Virus record (IMG/VR): IMGVR_UViG_3300036987_000023
Span: 1 to 45,715 of that record
Reading direction: 5' to 3' (one strand)
Length of the DNA: 45,715 bases
Source: a virus
Lineage: Duplodnaviria > Caudoviricetes
This document shows positions 43,264 through 45,715 of the stretch, in pieces. The first letter of the stretch is position 1; each line of letters starts with the position of its first letter. The notes beneath the pieces were generated by a model. The model was not told the origin of the DNA. It saw only the letters and a list, made by a program, of their open reading frames with translations, and did no database searches. The position numbers and the translations under genes are program-made.

Positions 43264-45336
43264 ATGAAAAAAATACTAGCCTTTATTTTGCTCTTTATCT
43301 TTTGCCCAGTGGTGGCATGGGCTGCCTGTACAAACAACGGTGATGGCACGTTTACCACAGGCGGGAACGAATCATCTGATGTTATGGACTGCATCAACCA
43401 CCCATCGCTTGTCGCTGGCAATACAATCAACGTTATAGCGGGGGATGAGGCAGCTACATGGGCCGCTGGGTCTGTTGTTGTTCCTTCAAATAAGCCGTTA
43501 AAGATCATGGGCCCTGGGAGAGATAACTTAACGATTATTCTTGGTGGCCATTATCCACTACAAATATCAACCGACGGTGCGACGCCCTATATCGGAACGG
43601 TGGAATTACCTGCAACACGGATCAGCGGATTTACCTTTCAAACTCCTACAGACGCAGGGTACGCAGCTATTCTTGCACGGGGGAAGGGCTGGCGGATCGA
43701 CAATTGCCGGTATCATAGCGTCAGAACGACAAATGCACAAACTGCCGCGTTTGTAAATGCTTATTCAATGAATCAGACTGCTGCGTATGTTTCTGTTGGT
43801 CTAATTGATAATAACATTATCATTAACGGGCATATTGATTCCGGAATGCTGGGGTCATTTACAGCCCTCTCAACCCCTTGGGCAGACCCGCTTGATTTGG
43901 GGACAGCAAATTTCGTGTATGTGGAAGACAACGTTTTCAATGCCGTCAACACTAATTATCAAATGTATCTAGATTCAAACGGCAGTGGCAAATATGTGTC
44001 ACGCTACAACACATTCAATGATGGTCGTAACCTTGTTCACAGCCTTCAGGATGATTGGCGTGGTTCGATTAGCTGGGAAATGTATGGGAATATTTTTAAC
44101 GCACTTACGAGCAACGTGGGAATCGCTCCACTTGCTGGAACTGGGGTTGTGTTTAATAACTACATGGCTGGGAGTGGCGGGACGAAAAATATCTCATTTG
44201 ACACAAATCGTTTATGGAAGTCAGTTGGTAGCCATGCTTTGAAATGTGATGGAACATCTGATTACGACGGAAATACAACTGTTACGCCTTCTGCCCCTGG
44301 ATACCCATGCCGCGACCAATTAGGACGAAGCACTGATTCCTTTTTATGGACAAGCGCAAGCGGCTCGTATGCTACTGTTTTCCCCGCACCAGTTCAGGAA
44401 TTAAAGCCTGCCTATCTTTGGAGCAACTACAGCACAACCACTCCCATTGTTCCAAACGTGAGCGTAGAAGCCACAAATTACATTGTAAACAATCGGGATT
44501 ATTACATCCAAAACGCTTCTTTTAACGGGACATCGGGTGTCGGCTGTGGAACGCTTGGTAACCGTCCGGCAACCTGCACAACAGGCGTTGGTTATTGGGC
44601 AACCAATCAATCCTGTTCGGACATGACAGGTATGGTCGGTGCGAACCCATCTACACCAATCGCAGGAACGCTTTATAAATGCACATCAACCAACACGTGG
44701 ACAGAATACTACACACCCTACGATTACCCGCATCCACTGAGGGGTGAGGTAGCCCCGCCTGATAGCACACCTCCGACAGTATCATCGGTATCCGTAAATG
44801 CCGCTGGAACTTCACTGACAATCACTTTTGACGAATCCGTGAACTTCGGCGCAGGCGGAAATGGAGGTTTTGTTCTTGACCCATCGGGTGCGGACGTAAC
44901 CTTGACATACGCATCCGGCGCAGGAACGGCAAGCCTTGTCTATACGATTTCACGGCCAATTTTGCAGAGCGAAACCATGACGCTGGCTTACACACAACCC
45001 ACTGCAGGCGTTGAGGACGTATCAGCATTAACCAATGATCTGGCATCATTTACCGGAAGAAGCGTCGGAAACCAATCAACACAGACCGGCGAAGCGACGA
45101 TCAGGACTTTGACACTGACCACAGGCACAGGGGTTGCCGGAATGTCGAACTACCCCACAGGAATTACGTTTGCAGACGGGACAGCGGTAACGGTATCAGC
45201 CGCTTGTCATAACGGATGGCGCAATGCTGTTTACTCAGGCGATTGTAACGCCTCAACCGGCAACGTAACCATGTCAGCAAATCGGTCGTGTTCGGCTACC
45301 TGCTCGCAGACGCCAACTTTAAACTGGGTGCAATAA
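43264..45336 (+). CDS. Secreted-type Cys-rich adhesin/receptor-binding-like protein, allele B
   Basis: MKKILAFILLFIFCPVVAWA; collinear with 642..3041 and near-identical to it from GTLYKCTST to the end. Confidence 0.78.
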   Translation: MKKILAFILLFIFCPVVAWAACTNNGDGTFTTGGNESSDVMDCINHPSLVAGNTINVIAGDEAATWAAGSVVVPSNKPLKIMGPGRDNLTIILGGHYPLQISTDGATPYIGTVELPATRISGFTFQTPTDAGYAAILARGKGWRIDNCRYHSVRTTNAQTAAFVNAYSMNQTAAYVSVGLIDNNIIINGHIDSGMLGSFTALSTPWADPLDLGTANFVYVEDNVFNAVNTNYQMYLDSNGSGKYVSRYNTFNDGRNLVHSLQDDWRGSISWEMYGNIFNALTSNVGIAPLAGTGVVFNNYMAGSGGTKNISFDTNRLWKSVGSHALKCDGTSDYDGNTTVTPSAPGYPCRDQLGRSTDSFLWTSASGSYATVFPAPVQELKPAYLWSNYSTTTPIVPNVSVEATNYIVNNRDYYIQNASFNGTSGVGCGTLGNRPATCTTGVGYWATNQSCSDMTGMVGANPSTPIAGTLYKCTSTNTWTEYYTPYDYPHPLRGEVAPPDSTPPTVSSVSVNAAGTSLTITFDESVNFGAGGNGGFVLDPSGADVTLTYASGAGTASLVYTISRPILQSETMTLAYTQPTAGVEDVSALTNDLASFTGRSVGNQSTQTGEATIRTLTLTTGTGVAGMSNYPTGITFADGTAVTVSAACHNGWRNAVYSGDCNASTGNVTMSANRSCSATCSQTPTLNWVQ

Positions 45337-45533
45337 TGGAAGAACTCTTTGAGCTGATGACCGCGGTGAACGAGTGCCACATGGCAGTAATGGAATCAAT
45401 CATGCAATATCAGCGCGACGTAATGGGGCTGTACAATGATGGTAGTTTTGGAACACGAAGCAACACAGTGGAATCCAGCGAGGCCGCGAGAGACACCGTG
45501 GCCGGACTGTTCGATTGTTCCCCGCGTTTCTGA
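45336..45533 (+). CDS. Small hypothetical protein, allele B of 3041..3235
   Basis: MEELFELMTAV... Confidence 0.5.
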   Translation: MEELFELMTAVNECHMAVMESIMQYQRDVMGLYNDGSFGTRSNTVESSEAARDTVAGLFDCSPRF

Positions 45534-45642
45534 TGGGGGTGAGACAAGCTGGCTCTTGGAGACACTATCGGGGGAGGTCTGGCTCTCACGGCTGGACGTG
45601 ATTATTCGAGTAGGGGACGGGAACTATATTTTAATGAGGTGA
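45436..45642 (+). CDS. Small hypothetical protein, allele B of 3138..3344
   Basis: Same length and mostly the same sequence. Confidence 0.7.
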   Translation: MMVVLEHEATQWNPARPRETPWPDCSIVPRVSDGGETSWLLETLSGEVWLSRLDVIIRVGDGNYILMR

Positions 45643-45646
45643 GAAA

Positions 45647-45715
45647 ATGGTCGATAAAAACGGTAAACCTATCACATGGAAATGGATTGTAGGGGTTCTA
45701 CTCACGTTGCTTTTG
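45647..45715 (+). CDS. Truncated second copy of 3349..3582
   Basis: Identical sequence cut by the contig end. Confidence 0.85.
   Translation, partial: MVDKNGKPITWKWIVGVLLTLLL

Noticed and set aside
19684-45049. Many short minus-strand ORFs in the late region
   Set aside because: They lie antisense to long, motif-supported structural genes and show no independent coding evidence.
1-45715. Diversity-generating retroelement, suggested by the BPP-1-like structural genes and duplicated adhesin
   Set aside because: No reverse transcriptase ORF is recognisable. Differences between the copies are not adenine-specific and are often synonymous.
42650-45715. True direct terminal repeat or invertible shufflon
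   Set aside because: The copies are highly divergent internally and in the same orientation, and no invertase is seen. A two-strain bubble is the simpler explanation.

Overview
The window is an apparently complete ~42.3-42.6 kb tailed-phage genome of podovirus type, with BPP-1/T7-like head and short-tail genes, an initiator-type replication module, a divergent promoter switch and an M15 endolysin. I recognised no integrase, DNA polymerase or reverse transcriptase. The contig reads through the receptor-binding region twice, as two divergent alleles (1..3417 and 42650..45715) sharing identical 107-bp and 99-bp anchors. Three things stand out. (1) Six integron attC-type sites (5862..8002) separate small accessory genes at the distal end of the early operon. 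Three cassettes have perfectly complementary core ends and a fourth has one mismatch, every gene is inverted relative to its attC, and no integron integrase is present. This looks like a phage-borne, reverse-oriented cassette array serviced in trans. (2) Six late-region fibre/spike-like loci carry Sec-type signal peptides. (3) A PD-(D/E)XK exonuclease has its DxK/QxxxY segment moved to the N-terminus. All product calls come from motif recognition and synteny by eye; no database search was run.
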